DNA of 64,000 nucleotides from Octopus sinensis (taxonomy: Eukaryota): the NCBI RefSeq assembly GCF_006345805.1, contig NC_043018.1, positions 23,374,001-23,438,000 of the forward strand, in the 5' to 3' direction. This document shows, piece after piece, positions 11,358-23,820 of this stretch. The notes beneath the pieces were generated by a model. That model saw only the letters and a list, made by a program, of their open reading frames with translations. It searched no databases and was not told where the DNA came from. The translations under genes and the position numbers were made by a program. Numbering within the stretch: position 1 is the stretch's first letter; every line of letters begins with the position of its first letter.

Positions 11358-11403
11358 CTTCCTGAAGATTTCTCTGAATGAAACAGTACTAGTCCTGTAG
11401 AAG
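11358..11403 (+). ncRNA. Type-I hammerhead ribozyme (inverted partner)
   Basis: cttc-CTGAAGA-tttctctgaat-GAAA-cag...ctg-TA-gaag. Confidence 0.7.
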
Positions 11404-11416
11404 CTCCTTCTATATA

Positions 11417-11454
<38 letters not shown>

Positions 11455-11774
11455 TGGTGTGTGGTAATAGATTTTGTTTTATTGAATTTTATAGATGTGC
11501 TTAACTGATAGAAAGTATATGTTCGCCTTCAATAGGACGTCGAGCTTAACACGTCTGCCATACTAAATGTTTAATCTCTCCACATATCTCTTCTCTCTTT
11601 AAATCCATACATCTCTCTATCTATCACTTACTAATTTCATTAGAATGTTAATTTAAGCATGTAATCGGCCACGTTCTGCTTTGGTGACTAATGGACGTGG
11701 TATATTATTCCTCAGTTATGTGACATAAAAGACCCAAACATTTATAACACTAACTTCAAAAAAAAAAAAAAAAA

Positions 11775-12183
11775 GGAGTGGCTGTGTGGTAAGTAGCTTG
11801 CTTACCAACCACATGGTTCCGGGTTCAGTCCCACTGCGTGGCACCTTGGGCAAGTGTCTTCTACTATAGCCGCGGGCCGACCAAAGCCTTGTGAGTGGAT
11901 TTGGTAGACGGAAACTGAAAGAAGCCCGTCGTATATATGTATATATATATATGTATGTGTGTGTGCGTGTATGTTTGTGTGTATTTGTTCCCCAGCATTG
12001 CTTGACAACCGATGCTGGTATGTTTATGTCCCCGTCACTTAGCGGTTCGGCAAAAGAGACCGATAGAATAAGTACTGGGCTTACAAAGAATAAGTCCCGG
12101 TGTCGAGTTGCTCGATTAAAGGTGGTGCTCCAGCATGGCCGCAGTCAGATGACTGAAACAAGTAAAAGAGTAAAAAAAGAGTA
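11775..12183 (+). mobile_element. Family A SINE
   Basis: Near-full-length match to 268-679. Confidence 0.85.
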
Positions 12184-12836
12184 ACCTTCTAGTTATCTGT
12201 AGCAAACATGTAAGCCAAGAGATGTTTTATACTCACTGCGAAGCAGAGTAGACAATCGACTCTCAGTACGAACTCTCACAGTGAAGAATGAAATATTCAA
12301 TATGTCCAAGTGATTAATGATATCAATGTAAGAACTAAACGGACCCGGAGACATGAGTCAGAGTGGTGAAGGAAAGTATCCATCCAGCCATTCATTCAGC
12401 CTGTCAGCCATTTATTTTCTCCGTTCGCTATTCCTTTGGAGAGTCGAGGAAAGAGAGTCCCCACGCACCTCCTCCATAGAGTCCTGTTCAGGAGCAACCG
12501 TCATTACATTTTCCGGTTGGATTCCCAAGTGTGACCAAATGAAGCTATGCATTTTGATCCAACTACCTCGTTCTTGATCTACCTCTAGGTCTCTTACCTG
12601 TTGGTTTGCTTGAAGAATCCGTCTTGCGATTCTTTCCTGTAACATTCTAAATCACACGTCTGTAGTAACGGAGCTGTGAGAGGAGGGAAAATATGGGAGC
12701 TGAAATATCCCTTGGCCTGACGTGGAATCAAGGAAATATTAAGCGACACATTTGACAAGAGAGAGAGAGTAGAGATTTATTATGTAGAAAACTAGAGGTT
12801 TCTAGATGCTGCGAGCTACAAGTCGAGTCTGTAGAT

Positions 12837-13036
12837 AAGTGGTTTTCAACCAGGGTTCCGCCAGTACAGTCCAGGGGTTCCGCAAGAAGTTACAAAACTG
12901 CTAAAATCGGCAGTAATTTTTAATTCTCCTATGCAGATATGTGTGCATAAGACTATTAAATTATTGCACAGGGGTTCCGCGAGCCAGTGGAATGTTTCCT
13001 TGGGGTTCCGCCCAGCAAAAAGTTTGAAAAGCACTG
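12837..13036. mobile_element. hAT (Charlie-like) MITE with 8-bp TSD
   Basis: TIRs aagtggttttcaa / ttgaaaagcactg; TSD ctgtagat at 12829-12836 and 13037-13044; internal ggggttccgc repeats. Confidence 0.85.
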
Positions 13037-13621
13037 CTGTAGATGGAGCGAAGTTTCGTTAGACAGAAGGTGAAACGATGATGGAATTGTATGATAAAAA
13101 CCATACAAGACATTGGACAGGCTTACAAAGACTGAAACAGAGGAAAAGCAAGCGACAATGTCAGGTAGTTATAAGAGAAGCTAGTTGTTGATATATTTAG
13201 CAAGGAAGGAAATAGACAGTGATACGTTTGCTAGTGTTGCGCGATGTGAAACCAGAAGTATAAAGAATATATCAGTATCAATCAGGATGTTATTGATAAA
13301 AAGTGTGTATGAAATGGTAATGGTGTAATCATTTTCAGTGACACTGAGAAGGGTGACGTGTAAATGCTACTACGAGAGGTTGTCAAACGCGGAAAATGTT
13401 TGGTAAAGAGAGGGGAACTGCCAATAAAGAGACCGGATTTGGTTAATATACAGTTTACTAAATAAAAATGTGAAATTACGCTGTCTTAAAAATGAAAGTA
13501 AATTGCGATAGAAAACGGAAGTGATAACAGATACATCCCATAATTTCATGTAAACACTACATGTGACATCACTAATGTATAGAATAGACAAATATTTGAT
13601 ATAACATGGAAAGCATACATA

Positions 13622-13971
13622 GGTGCAGGCGTGGCTGTGTGGTAAGAAACTTGCTTCCCAACTACATGGCACCTTGGGCAAGTTTCTTTGACCATAGTCT
13701 CGGACCGACCAAAGCCTTTGTAAGTGGATTTGGCAGACAGAAAAGCCGCCCGTTGTATGTGTGTGTTCTGTGCTTGTCCCCTCGCCATCCCTTGACAACT
13801 TATGTTGGTGTGTTTATGTGCCTGTAACTTAGAGGTTCGGCAAAAGAAAAACGATAGAATAAGTACTAGGTTTACAAAGAATAAGTCTCAGGATCGATTT
13901 CTTTGACTAAAACTCTTTCAGGCGGTGCTCCAGCATGGCCGCTGTAAAATGGCTGAAACAAGTGAAAGAAT
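13622..13971 (+). mobile_element. Family A SINE, diverged
   Basis: ggtgcaggcgtggctgtgtggtaag head; ggtgctccagcatggccgc tail. Confidence 0.8.
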
Positions 13972-14347
13972 TTTATATAATATGAAAACAATCACACCTA
14001 CGAAAAAATATAACGAGAAATATGATATACCAAATGAAGTTCGTGAATAGTTTTTTTACAGTCGTCATACATGCTTCTGAAGATATGATGTAAATAAATC
14101 ATCCTTCGTCCCATATTACCGCCTGAGTTACTTTCTTATTGGCGAGCATCCAACGCCTTTCTATTTTGTCTCTATTGCCCTTCTGGTTTCTGTCGTAACC
14201 TGAATTTTTTTTAGAACAATTCATTCCCACCTTTATTTTTTTACGACGGAAAACTGCATGTTAACCCCTGAATTTGATAGTCATTTGTTTGAAATGGTTC
14301 ATTACAGAAATCACGGCGGAGCAGTCAGTTGAACTGTTTTCCTGTAA

Positions 14348-14567
14348 CCCTGTCGTTACCAACCCAGCTGAAACCGGCTCTGGCTCTGAGTACAAATGTT
14401 TTGTTTTCATAAGTTTTGAATTAAAATCTTCCACCAAACCTTAGTCATAATTTATTTTCCTAACACTAGCTGAAAGATAACTAAGTTATTTTACTAAATT
14501 CTTTGTTTTATTTAAAGTAATTGAAACAAATACAGAGCATCTCAAAATTAATACGGTAACAAAAGGG
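14348..14567. mobile_element. piggyBac-like MITE
   Basis: ccctgtcgttacc ... ggtaacaaaaggg termini with degenerate TTAA flanks; a similar right end occurs at ~5000-5066. Confidence 0.6.
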
Positions 14568-14836
14568 TAGCGGCCGCCAAACGTTTTTGAAACACCGACA
14601 TGTTTCATGCAAGACAATTTTTCCCCATGGACCATAATAAAACACAATGAAGCGCACAATATATAATTTAATTGTTACATATATCATACATACAATATTA
14701 CATATATAAATACATATATTATTCAAAAACACTACACAGACTGCGATACTCATTAAAATAGAAATAAAATTTTTAAAATCTATTGTTGTACGGCCCGGTA
14801 CTAAATAATCTACGGTCCATTGGCTGGGGACCCCTT
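14568..14836. mobile_element. Degenerate hAT MITE (MER1/Charlie-like)
   Basis: Left end ...gcaagacaatttttcc, right end ggcccggtac...ggctggggacccct. Confidence 0.45.
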
Positions 14837-14960
14837 TTCTAAATAATCTGTGATGGATAAACAAAAAATAAATTCATGCTTTGAGCTATAACAAAATGAA
14901 ACACAATGATGACAAGTAGTCTCAGTATTACATTTTTATTTTCTAAATATTCCTATGTTC

Positions 14961-15225
14961 AGGCGTTGCTGTGCAGTAAGAAATTTGTTTCCCAATCAAT
15001 TGGAAACGGATTCAGTCCTACTGTTTTGGAACCTTGGGCAAGTGCCTTCTATTATAGCCTCGGGCCAACCAAAGTCTTGTGAGTGGATTCGATAGATGGA
15101 AACTGAAAGAATTTCGTCGCGCACCCACGTGTGTGTGTGTGTCCCACCACCGCTTGACAATCGGTGTTGGTGTGTTTACGTCACTGTAATTTAGTGGTTC
15201 AGCAAAACAGACCTGTAGAATAAGT
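14961..15225 (+). mobile_element. Family A SINE, diverged
   Basis: ccttgggcaagtg core and cttgtgagtggatt...ggaaactgaaagaa. Confidence 0.7.
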
Positions 15226-15524
15226 GGTCAAACTAAAGCGTTTGACCCGAGCACAAAAAAAAACAAAAAACAAAAGAAAAATAGTGTAATAGGCGTAAAA
15301 CAACTTGCTCTAAACGTATATGAAAAAAAAAATTAAAATGCGCGCTCGCGAAAGTGGGGTGGGTGAGAGGACTCGGAAAATTATTTTCGGTCTTTGAAAC
15401 CATGGCAAAACCCCTGACAAAAACTCGTGCTGCATCTCTTTTGTCAGTGAACAAGTCTCGCTTTCAAAGCGACAAAAATATCAACATTGAAATGAGATTC
15501 AAATGTTGCAGTGAACCAACTGTG

Positions 15525-15588
<64 letters not shown>

Positions 15589-16023
15589 CATGCGTGTGTG
15601 TGTGTGTGTTCTTGATAATCGTTCAGAACAAGTAGTTTTACGCCAATTACATTATTTTTTTTCGGTTTTTCCGGCTAGGGTCAAAGACTATATTTTAAAG
15701 GCCATGGTCTGACGATGTGAATTTAAAAATGAAGTCCTGTCTTTAAAAATAAAGTCCTGGAGTCGGCTCATACGTCTAAAAATTCTTCAAGGCGCTTGCA
15801 CAGAATGGCCACACTCCAATGAACTGAAACAAGTAAGAAATAAAAGATATCTTCTTCGGACATAAGCTCTTGTTTCTACCACTGACAGAGAAAAAAAATG
15901 AAGAGAAAAAGAAAAGAAAAACTGGTGTTATGCCATCGCCGGTGAATAGACACCTTAACGGAAAATCAACGCTGAAATACAAAATAGGTGAAGTGCATTA
16001 GTTAACATAAGAAATTAAAGGAA

Positions 16024-16447
16024 GGCAATCTTTCGTCTCTAGTAGACCTTTCCGTCGATTTCCGTAAAAAAAATTTTTTTTTTTACATATGGGCTTGCGG
16101 GAACTTTTGAAGTAATGAGAGTGAAAGAGACTAAGAGAAAGCGATTGTATGACGAGGGAAGTTCTTTTGAAGTTACCGTGCATGGGAAGCATTGATGTAC
16201 ATGTGTGTGTGTGTGTGTTTGATGGGGTGTGGGAGACAGACAGTATGTTGTGTAAGTGAAGTGCTTCTGTTAGTGTGTGTGAAGAGACAGAGTAATGTGT
16301 GAAAGAAAGAGATAACTGAAATTTTTTTACTCGGTGTATGTGTATATGTATGTATATTACTTCAAAAGTTCCCGCAAGCCCATATGTAAAAAAAAAATTT
16401 TTTTTACGGAAATCGACGGAAAGGTCTACTAGAGACGAAAGATCGCC
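16024..16447. mobile_element. MITE with ~85-bp TIRs starting GGCAA/GGCGA (possibly Merlin-like)
   Basis: ggcaatctttcgtctctagtagacc ... ggtctactagagacgaaagatcgcc; near-identical inverted copy at 61095-61516. Confidence 0.8.
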
Positions 16448-16501
16448 GTTGAAATTATAGAGAAAGTATTTCTGTGATATGTGCGAAATATTTATTTCTC
16501 G

Positions 16502-16830
16502 TAAGGCGGCGAGCTGGCAGAATCGTTACCACGAAACGCCGCTGAGCATTTCGTCCGACTATATGTTTTGAGTTCAAATTTCGCCGAAGTAGACCTTGTC
16601 TTTCATTTTGGACTCGATAAAATAAGTATCAGTCAAGCACTGGGGTCGTATCGACGAACCCTTTCGCCACATATGTACCTATAAGTAGAAAGGATTAATA
16701 CTCCTTCGCGTAAGGCGGAGAGTCGTCAGAATCGTTAGCACGTCAAAATACTTAACGGCATTTCTTTTGTCGCTATACGTTCTGAGGTCGATTTACCTTT
16801 CATCTTCTCCGAATCGACAAAATGAATACC
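16502..16830 (+). mobile_element. Two degraded family D (Meta-domain-like) SINEs
   Basis: aaggcggcgagctggcagaatcgtta head, gagttcaaatt B-box, tttcat...tcgataaaataagta domain. Confidence 0.65.
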
Positions 16831-17854
16831 TGTTGCTGTATTCGATTTGCCATTTCCATCCAACTTGCTAGACTTGTACCGAAATTTGAAAGCATTATTA
16901 TTTCTTCGCGTGATATTCCTACAGGTTTTAGCAGCGTTCACGAATCTCCACTTCTCTTTCCAACCCAAGTTATTCAGCTGCTAAGACTATCGAATATCTT
17001 TCTCTTCCAGTCTTCCCTGGTTTCTTCGATTAAATCTTCAAAGCTTTGTTTCCTCTTATGACTGTAATTTTCTGTCCATCTGACGACTTCATTGGCGGTC
17101 TCCACGAGCCTCCGGCAGGGTGTGGTGGAGAACCCTGCCGTACTTTCTCTCACTCTTTCTTCTTGCTACTGTTGTACCTGTATTTCAAAGAGCCAGCCTT
17201 GTCACACACTGTGTCACGCTGAATCTCACCGAATCTGGACCGAATTTCAATCACAACCTAAATACATTTCCTTTTTCATTTAACGTCATTGATAATACAG
17301 AAGAGAAAAGAATGAATGCTACACAATCTTATATATTCTGCTCATCTAAAATTGATCCGAGGCTGACTGTCAATCTGTACGGGTCAGGACATGTTGTTTA
17401 AAAGAAGCTGAAACCATTAGGACGTGTGACCTGGTGGTTTCCATTCCCGTAGCTAGAGTGTGTGCCGCTCGAGGCGGCCCTTCAGTTTTCCGTTCTTGGG
17501 CACCCCAACAAAAAATACATATTGCTTATAGCAGACCCAAAAGTGATTGCCGCCCCCATAAAAGTACCTCCCAAGGCGGACCACCACCTCTGACTCCTCT
17601 AGCTGCAAGACACATCATTTCGCGTTGCTGTACGATCACTTTGACATCTGACGTGTGGCGCACTGTCCTCTTGTGCGGCCAATTATCGATTTGATGGAGG
17701 AAGTGAGCTGAACGCACTGCACAAACAATTGATTACTATACAAATCATCTGTGCAGGCTGTTTAACAAGAAATTGTGAAATCCTCAACTCTCGTCCTCCC
17801 CTCCCTCTCACCAAATCCCAGTTATATACTGAGGAAGGTTCTCTCTCTCTATCT

Positions 17855-17903
<49 letters not shown>

Positions 17904-18053
17904 TATATATATATAATATATATACCAGTTATATAGTGAGGGAGCGTCTTTCTCCCCCATTTCTCTCTCTCTCTCTCTCTATCTATCTGTCTATCTGTCT
18001 GTCTATCTATCTATCTATCTATCCTATCTATCTATCTATCTATCTATCATCTA

Positions 18054-18095
<42 letters not shown>

Positions 18096-18103
18096 CTATA
18101 CTA

Positions 18104-18163
<60 letters not shown>

Positions 18164-18207
18164 TATATATATGTATGTATGTATGTATGTAATATATCGT
18201 ATTTCTT

Positions 18208-19174
18208 TATTCTTTTGTTTGTTTCAGTCATTTGACTGCAGCCATGCTGGAGCACCGCCTTAGTTCGAGCAAATCGACCCCGGGGACTTAATCTTTGGAA
18301 GCCCAGTACTTATTCTATCGTTCTCTTTGGCCGACCCACTAAGTTACGGGGACATCAAAACACCAACACCAGTTGTCAAACAATGGTTGGGGTCAAACAC
18401 AAACAGTAAGACACACACATAAATTATTAAGGTTGCGTTTTCGCAATTTATAACCAAAAAGCACAAGTACAGGCGTGTCTAAGGTGTACCAGTATTGCTA
18501 GAAATAAGAGCCAGAACAACTTTTTGCCAGGAGAAGCACTTATTTAATGCAATACTGGTCCCTGACTAGTCACCTTAGTGACCACTGTACTTATATATGT
18601 ACACACATACACACACACACACACACACGGGCTTCTTTCAGTTTCTGTCTACCAAATTCACTCACAAGGCTTTGGTCGGGCCGAGACTATAGTAGAAGAC
18701 ATTTGCCTGAGATGCCAAGTAGTGGAACCCGGAACCAGGTGGTTGGGAAGTAAGCTTCTTACCACACAGCCACTCCCGCGCTTCTCTATACTCTTTTACT
18801 TGGTTTCAGTCATTTGACTGCGGCCATGCTGAGCACCGCCTTTATCGAGCAAATCGACCCCCGGACTTATTCTTTGGAAGCCCAGTACTTATTCTATCGT
18901 CTCTTTTGCCGAACCGCTAAGTGACGGGGACGTAAACACACCAGTATGGTTTGTCAAGCAATGCTAGGGTGTACAAACAACAGACACACAAACACACACA
19001 CGCATACATAATAACGACAGGCTTCTTTCAGTTTCCGTCTACCAAATCCACTCACAAGGCATTGGTCGGCCCGGGGCTATAGCAGAAAGCACTTGCCCAG
19101 ATGCCCACGCAGTGACTGAACCCGGAACCATGTGGTTGGTTAGCAAGCTCCTTACCACACAGCCACTCCTGCGC
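18208..19174 (-). mobile_element. Two adjacent family A SINEs; the first is interrupted at ~18420-18600
   Basis: tttcagtcatttgactgc tails at ~18222 and ~18804; cacacagccactcc heads at ~18765 and ~19157. Confidence 0.8.
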
Positions 19175-19196
19175 CTATGTACATGTACTATATGTA

Positions 19197-19320
19197 TCAA
19201 GCTGATGAACTCTTTGAACGTACTTCCGCATCGGTTTGATTTTTGAACGCCTTCCAGATCGGTTTGAATTTTGAACTCCTTCTCTGGCAGGAAACCATCA
19301 AGGTACTTGAAAAAGTGGTA
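19197..19320 (-). pseudogene. Mariner transposase C-terminal fragment
   Basis: Minus strand gives YHFFKYLDGFLPEKEFK and, after frameshifts, FKNQTDAE..FKEFIS, resembling the mariner (D)YHFFKHLDNFL...F.N..DAENAF.EF motif. Confidence 0.7.
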
Positions 19321-20339
19321 GATAGATAGATAGATAGATAGATTTGCTCGACTAAAGGCGGTGCTCCTGCATGGCCGCAGTCAAATGACTGAAACAAGTA
19401 AAAGAGTAAAAGAGTATATATATAGGGTGGCTTGTTAGCAACTTTTCAACCGAAAGGTAAAAATAGCCCTCAGCCGCTTTAATATATATGTGTGTGTGGG
19501 TGTGTGTCAGCGGTTAAGATTATTTGTTTTTGTAATCGATGCCTGTTATGGTGCAACGTCAGGATCGCCAGTTTGTAACGGTTGGTTCTTGGGAAAGCTG
19601 CACTTTTCCTGTTCGCGGTCACCAGTTATAAGCAATGAAAGATTTGTTGTTATAACGACATGTTGTAGAGCGTGAAATATGAACAATGCATGAAGTTTTA
19701 AAGAAATATTTATTTACTGTAACGTTACAATACCTTGCTTCGATGGGCAGGTTATGATAAAAATCGTAAAGCATGCGAAGTAAAGTTTGTGTTTGTGTTC
19801 TCTTCATTGTTTAGTAGTAAATACAGAAAGAGAGATAGACTGATGTTGTAAGAGAACAGAATTGGAGCTAGTGAGAGTTGTAGGGTTGTGGGACGTTGTC
19901 TCACAGTTGCTGACAGTAAACTTCATTTCTCCCTCTGACCAAGGTTCTTGCTGATCAGCCAGACTTCGTTCTCACTGAGTTGTCGCCGTAGTGACTAACT
20001 AGTTGAGTCGTCACCAAGTCACTGAACTATCTTTTTGCTTGGGGTTAATGCTTTTATAACTATCCAGAAGGATAGACATATCGTTGAGAACAATGGGCTT
20101 CGTTGGTGGTACTGTGATATCACTATTCTAGCTTTTGGTGAAGTAGACGAGATTATAAGGGTCAAGTAGTGAAGACATCATTTCGGCCTAGCTAAAGGCA
20201 ATCTAGCAAATGTAAAACTGCTGTCAGAGAAAAATCATTGTTCCACTGTGAGAAAAGTTCTGTTGAACTGTTAATTTAAATTTGGCTATGATGGATCGAA
20301 TCCACTTCATGCTTGCAAGATTCACTACACACACACACA

Positions 20340-20444
20340 TGTATGTATGTATGTATGTATGTATGTATGTATGTATGTATGTATGTATGTATGTATGTAT
20401 GTATCAATGTATGTATGTATGTATGTATGTATGTATGTATGTAT
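20340..20444. repeat. (TATG)n microsatellite
   Basis: Direct observation. Confidence 0.95.
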
Positions 20445-20489
20445 ACAAATATATGTGTGTGTGTTTGTGTGTACAAATGTACCATCTCG

Positions 20490-20790
20490 GCTTTATTTCC
20501 TCATAATTTTCAGAAAAACGAATATCTTTTAATGAATATTCCACAAATACGCTTCAGATAGTGTAGATTCCGATTATATTGGAACTTGTGGCGAAAATAT
20601 TTTTCGTAGAATGCGGTGACGAGTTTCGGAAAATTCACACAAACTGGCTTTGTTTCCTCATAACTTTGAGAAAAGTGGGTAAATTTTTATGAAATTTTCT
20701 ACAAATACCTTTTCAGAGTATGTAGACTATAAAAATATCGGAATTTAATGTGGAAAAAATATTTGGTACATTCGTACTCATACATACTCG
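20490..20790. repeat. Unclassified interspersed repeat with internal ~150-bp duplication
   Basis: cataa(c/t)tttcagaaaa...caaatac..ttcaga..gtgtaga occurs twice here and twice at ~28045-28320. Confidence 0.55.
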
Positions 20791-20841
20791 TACAAATCAC
20801 TTATATCTACAAAATGAGACTTGAAACTTCGAAAAACATAG

Positions 20842-20941
20842 NNNNNNNNNNNNNNNNNNNNNNNNNNNNNNNNNNNNNNNNNNNNNNNNNNNNNNNNNNN
20901 NNNNNNNNNNNNNNNNNNNNNNNNNNNNNNNNNNNNNNNNN
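20842..20941. other. Assembly gap (100 N)
   Basis: Run of exactly 100 N, a typical placeholder scaffold join. Confidence 0.99.
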
Positions 20942-20952
20942 CAGCGAACGAA

Positions 20953-20984
<32 letters not shown>

Positions 20985-21005
20985 TATATATATATAATAT
21001 ATATA

Positions 21006-21037
<32 letters not shown>

Positions 21038-21215
21038 TAGGGAATAAATCCAAACTTACAGGGAAAAATTAGATTTAGGATTAAATCCAATTTTATAGTA
21101 TAAATATTTTATTAAAAATTAGAGATAAAACCACTATTAGGCAATCAAACAGTGAAAAACATAAGCCAATACATAAAATTAATTAAAAAATATAAAAGTT
21201 AAAAATAAAAAATTA
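21038..21215 (-). mobile_element. 3' fragment of hammerhead-bearing family H (same as 51474 and 53479) in (TA)n
   Basis: tagggaataaatccaaacttacagggaaaa...agagataaaaccactattaggcaa shared with 51474, 53479-53992 and in part ~59997. Confidence 0.75.
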
Positions 21216-21419
21216 TATATATATATACAAATATAAATATATATATATACATATCGTTTTTTGGATGTGGTTTTTGCAAGATTCTTTATGAGAGTTCATG
21301 TGCTGAAGCATATTCTGTTGTGTCTGGGGGGAGTCATTTTCTTATAATTTAACACACACACATATGTATATATGTATGTATGAAACGAAATGTACAGTAT
21401 CATACATCCATAACAGCTG

Positions 21420-21501
21420 ATCTTACCAAACAGTTTCGCACTAGGGTACAACGGAGTGTTAAGTAGCAGTCCGATTATGTAATCCTGCGCTCATCAGAGG
21501 T
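21420..21501 (-). ncRNA. Degenerate hammerhead ribozyme with long stem II
   Basis: Minus: acct-CTGATGA-gcgc agg...cct a gtgc-GAAA-ctgtttgg-TA-agat; stems I and III imperfect. Confidence 0.5.
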
Positions 21502-21505
21502 ACCC

Positions 21506-21551
<46 letters not shown>

Positions 21552-21785
21552 TCAATTCAAGGATGTCATATCTTCATTAGAGATTAATAAATCCAAAATT
21601 TCACTGGTTTAATCTTAATCACATTAGAAGAAAATCTTCACGATGTGTTATGGCTTATTATAATAGGTAAAATTAATAAGGTAAGAAAATGAAGAGTTGA
21701 GGCTGTATAGGTAGATTATTTTTATCATAGTTTGTTGTTAGGATTTTAATACAAATAACTTTTTAAAAAACACAAGAGAAAACTC

Positions 21786-21908
21786 AAAAACCTACATATG
21801 TTTCGATACAGCTCCTCAGTAATGCATAAGTCAAAGCATTTAGATTAAATCCAATGTTAAGAATTTGTTATAATTTTAAGCTGTTTGGGGCAGAATCTCT
21901 TCAGGGTT
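21786..21908 (-). ncRNA. Hammerhead ribozyme with long stem II region
   Basis: Minus: aacc-CTGAAGA-gattc...gtatc-GAAA-catatg-TA-ggtttt. Confidence 0.55.
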
Positions 21909-22129
21909 ATTTTATTTTAAAAAAACGATGGTTACATATTTTTTGAAGGGATTCAAATCAACAGCCAAAAAGTTTAAAATATTATTTCTTATATATTGTG
22001 TGTATATATTTGCAAATGTATATATAAAGTATATATAAGAAATTAACATTTTAAACTTCGTTAGTTGTTGATTTGAATCCCTTCAAGAAATATGTAACTT
22101 TCGTTTTATTAAAACAAAACAAAAAAAAA

Positions 22130-22207
22130 AAAACCCTGAAGATATCCCGTACAATATTTTGAATTGTGCATTACCAAGGAGCCGGAGTCGAAACATATGT
22201 AGGTTTT
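22130..22207 (+). ncRNA. Hammerhead ribozyme (inverted partner)
   Basis: aaaacc-CTGAAGA...ggagtc-GAAA-catatg-TA-ggtttt; stem I aaaacc/ggtttt, palindromic ACATATGT; stem II degraded. Confidence 0.6.
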
Positions 22208-22476
22208 TGAGTTTTCTGTTGTGCTTTTTTAAAAAAATTCATTTGTAATAAAATCTTAACAACAAACTATGATACAAATAAACTATATTACAAAAATAAT
22301 TTTATCGTATGTTCAAATATGACCAAAATTAGGTTTTAAAACCCCCTAAAGATCCCACACAGCTGTTAAACGTATATGGTGTTAATTATATCTATAGAAA
22401 TCATTTAGAATTTTCTTCAACAAATGAGCCTGTTTATCAAATATTTCTCTTTCTTACCTTATTATATATCAGTGAA

Positions 22477-22760
22477 GGCGCGTGGCTTAGTGGTTACGAG
22501 TGTAAGGTCATGAGTTTAATTCCCGGCGACGCGTTGTGTCCTTGAGCAAGGCACTTTGTTTCACGTTGCTCCAGTCCACTCAGCTGGCCAAAATGCGTAG
22601 TACCTGTATTTCAAAGGGCCGGCCTTGTCACACTCTGTGCCACGCTGAATCTTCCTGAGAACTACGTTAGGGGTACACGTGTCTGTGGAATGCTCAGCCA
22701 CTCCTTGCATGTTAATTTCACGAGCAAGCTGTTCCATTGATCATATTAGCTGGGACTGTC
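22477..22760 (+). mobile_element. Family C tRNA-headed SINE
   Basis: ggcgcgtggcttagtggtta A-box, gagtttaattcc B-box, ccttgagcaaggcac...ttgctccagtccactcagctgg. Confidence 0.75.
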
Positions 22761-23040
22761 GGAGTGCACCATATACATTCATACATGTATGTATGTATGA
22801 CCGGGGGCAATGCTTGGTCATGCCTTGAAAAATTTTTGGTCGAATAGATCGACACCAATACTTATTTTTTAAAGCCTGGTACTTATTCTATAGGCTTCTT
22901 TTGCCCAACCGCTAAGTTACGGGGTCGTAACTTAGCGGTTAAGTATCCCACCCGTGGCGGATCGATGCTACATGGGTCAAAACAATTGTAGTGATTAATA
23001 AACATTTCCGTATCTTCCATCTGCCGTCTTTCTCGTTATT

Positions 23041-23077
<37 letters not shown>

Positions 23078-23454
23078 CGCCAAGAAAGGTTGAAGAGAGA
23101 AATTGCGTGAGACATTTATATTGGGAACGAAAGTCGGGTCCTAGTATTACTTACCCCCCCCCCCGTTGTGGGTGCGGATTTCCTACCGAAATTGGTTTAA
23201 TAAGCCACCTCAGAACCTACAAAATGAAAGCTGATAAATTAGTTATCTTCGGAGACGTGAACGGTGAACATAGCATACGCACACATTTTATATTTGGGGA
23301 TGTTCATTTTGCCAATAAACTACCTCTTCCTACTTCCCGTCACTCAAGCATGCGGCGACCATCTTATTGAAATATGTTTCTTCTTTTCTCTCTCCAACCA
23401 ACTAAACTCACCATGTATGTGCATGTGCGGGTGTGTATATACACAGAAATACAC

Positions 23455-23820
23455 GCTCGGGTTCAGTCCCACCGCGTGTCATCTTTGGCAAGTGTCTGCC
23501 ACTATAGCCTTGGGCCGACCGAAGCCGTGAGGGTGGATTTGGTAAACAGAAACTGAAAGAAGCTCATAGTATATATATGTATGGTGTGTGTGTGTGTGTG
23601 TGTGTGTGTGTCTTTGTGTCTGTGATTGTCCCCCAACATCACTTGACAACCGGTCTTGGTGTGTTTGTGTCCCCGTAACTTAGCGGTTCGACAAAAAAGG
23701 TCGATAGAATAAGTACCTCTTCTTAAAAGAAAAACAGTACTGGGATCGATTCTTTCGATTAAAAATTCTAGGAGGTGCTCCAGCATGGTTGCAGTCTCGT
23801 GACTGAACCAAGTAAAAGAG
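23455..23820 (+). mobile_element. Family A SINE, 5'-truncated
   Basis: gggttcagtccc ... ggtgctccagcatgg ... aagtaaaaga. Confidence 0.8.

Larger units (their letters stand above)
11221..11421. mobile_element. Penelope-like terminal fragment as an inverted pair within (TA)n
   Basis: Arms ~11290-11357 and 11358-11421 are near-perfect reverse complements; left arm extends about 70 bp further; (TA)n on both sides. Confidence 0.7.
21715..22285. mobile_element. Older Penelope-like inverted pair with a hammerhead in each arm
   Basis: Arms ~21715-21995 and ~22030-22285 are diverged reverse complements. Confidence 0.65.
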
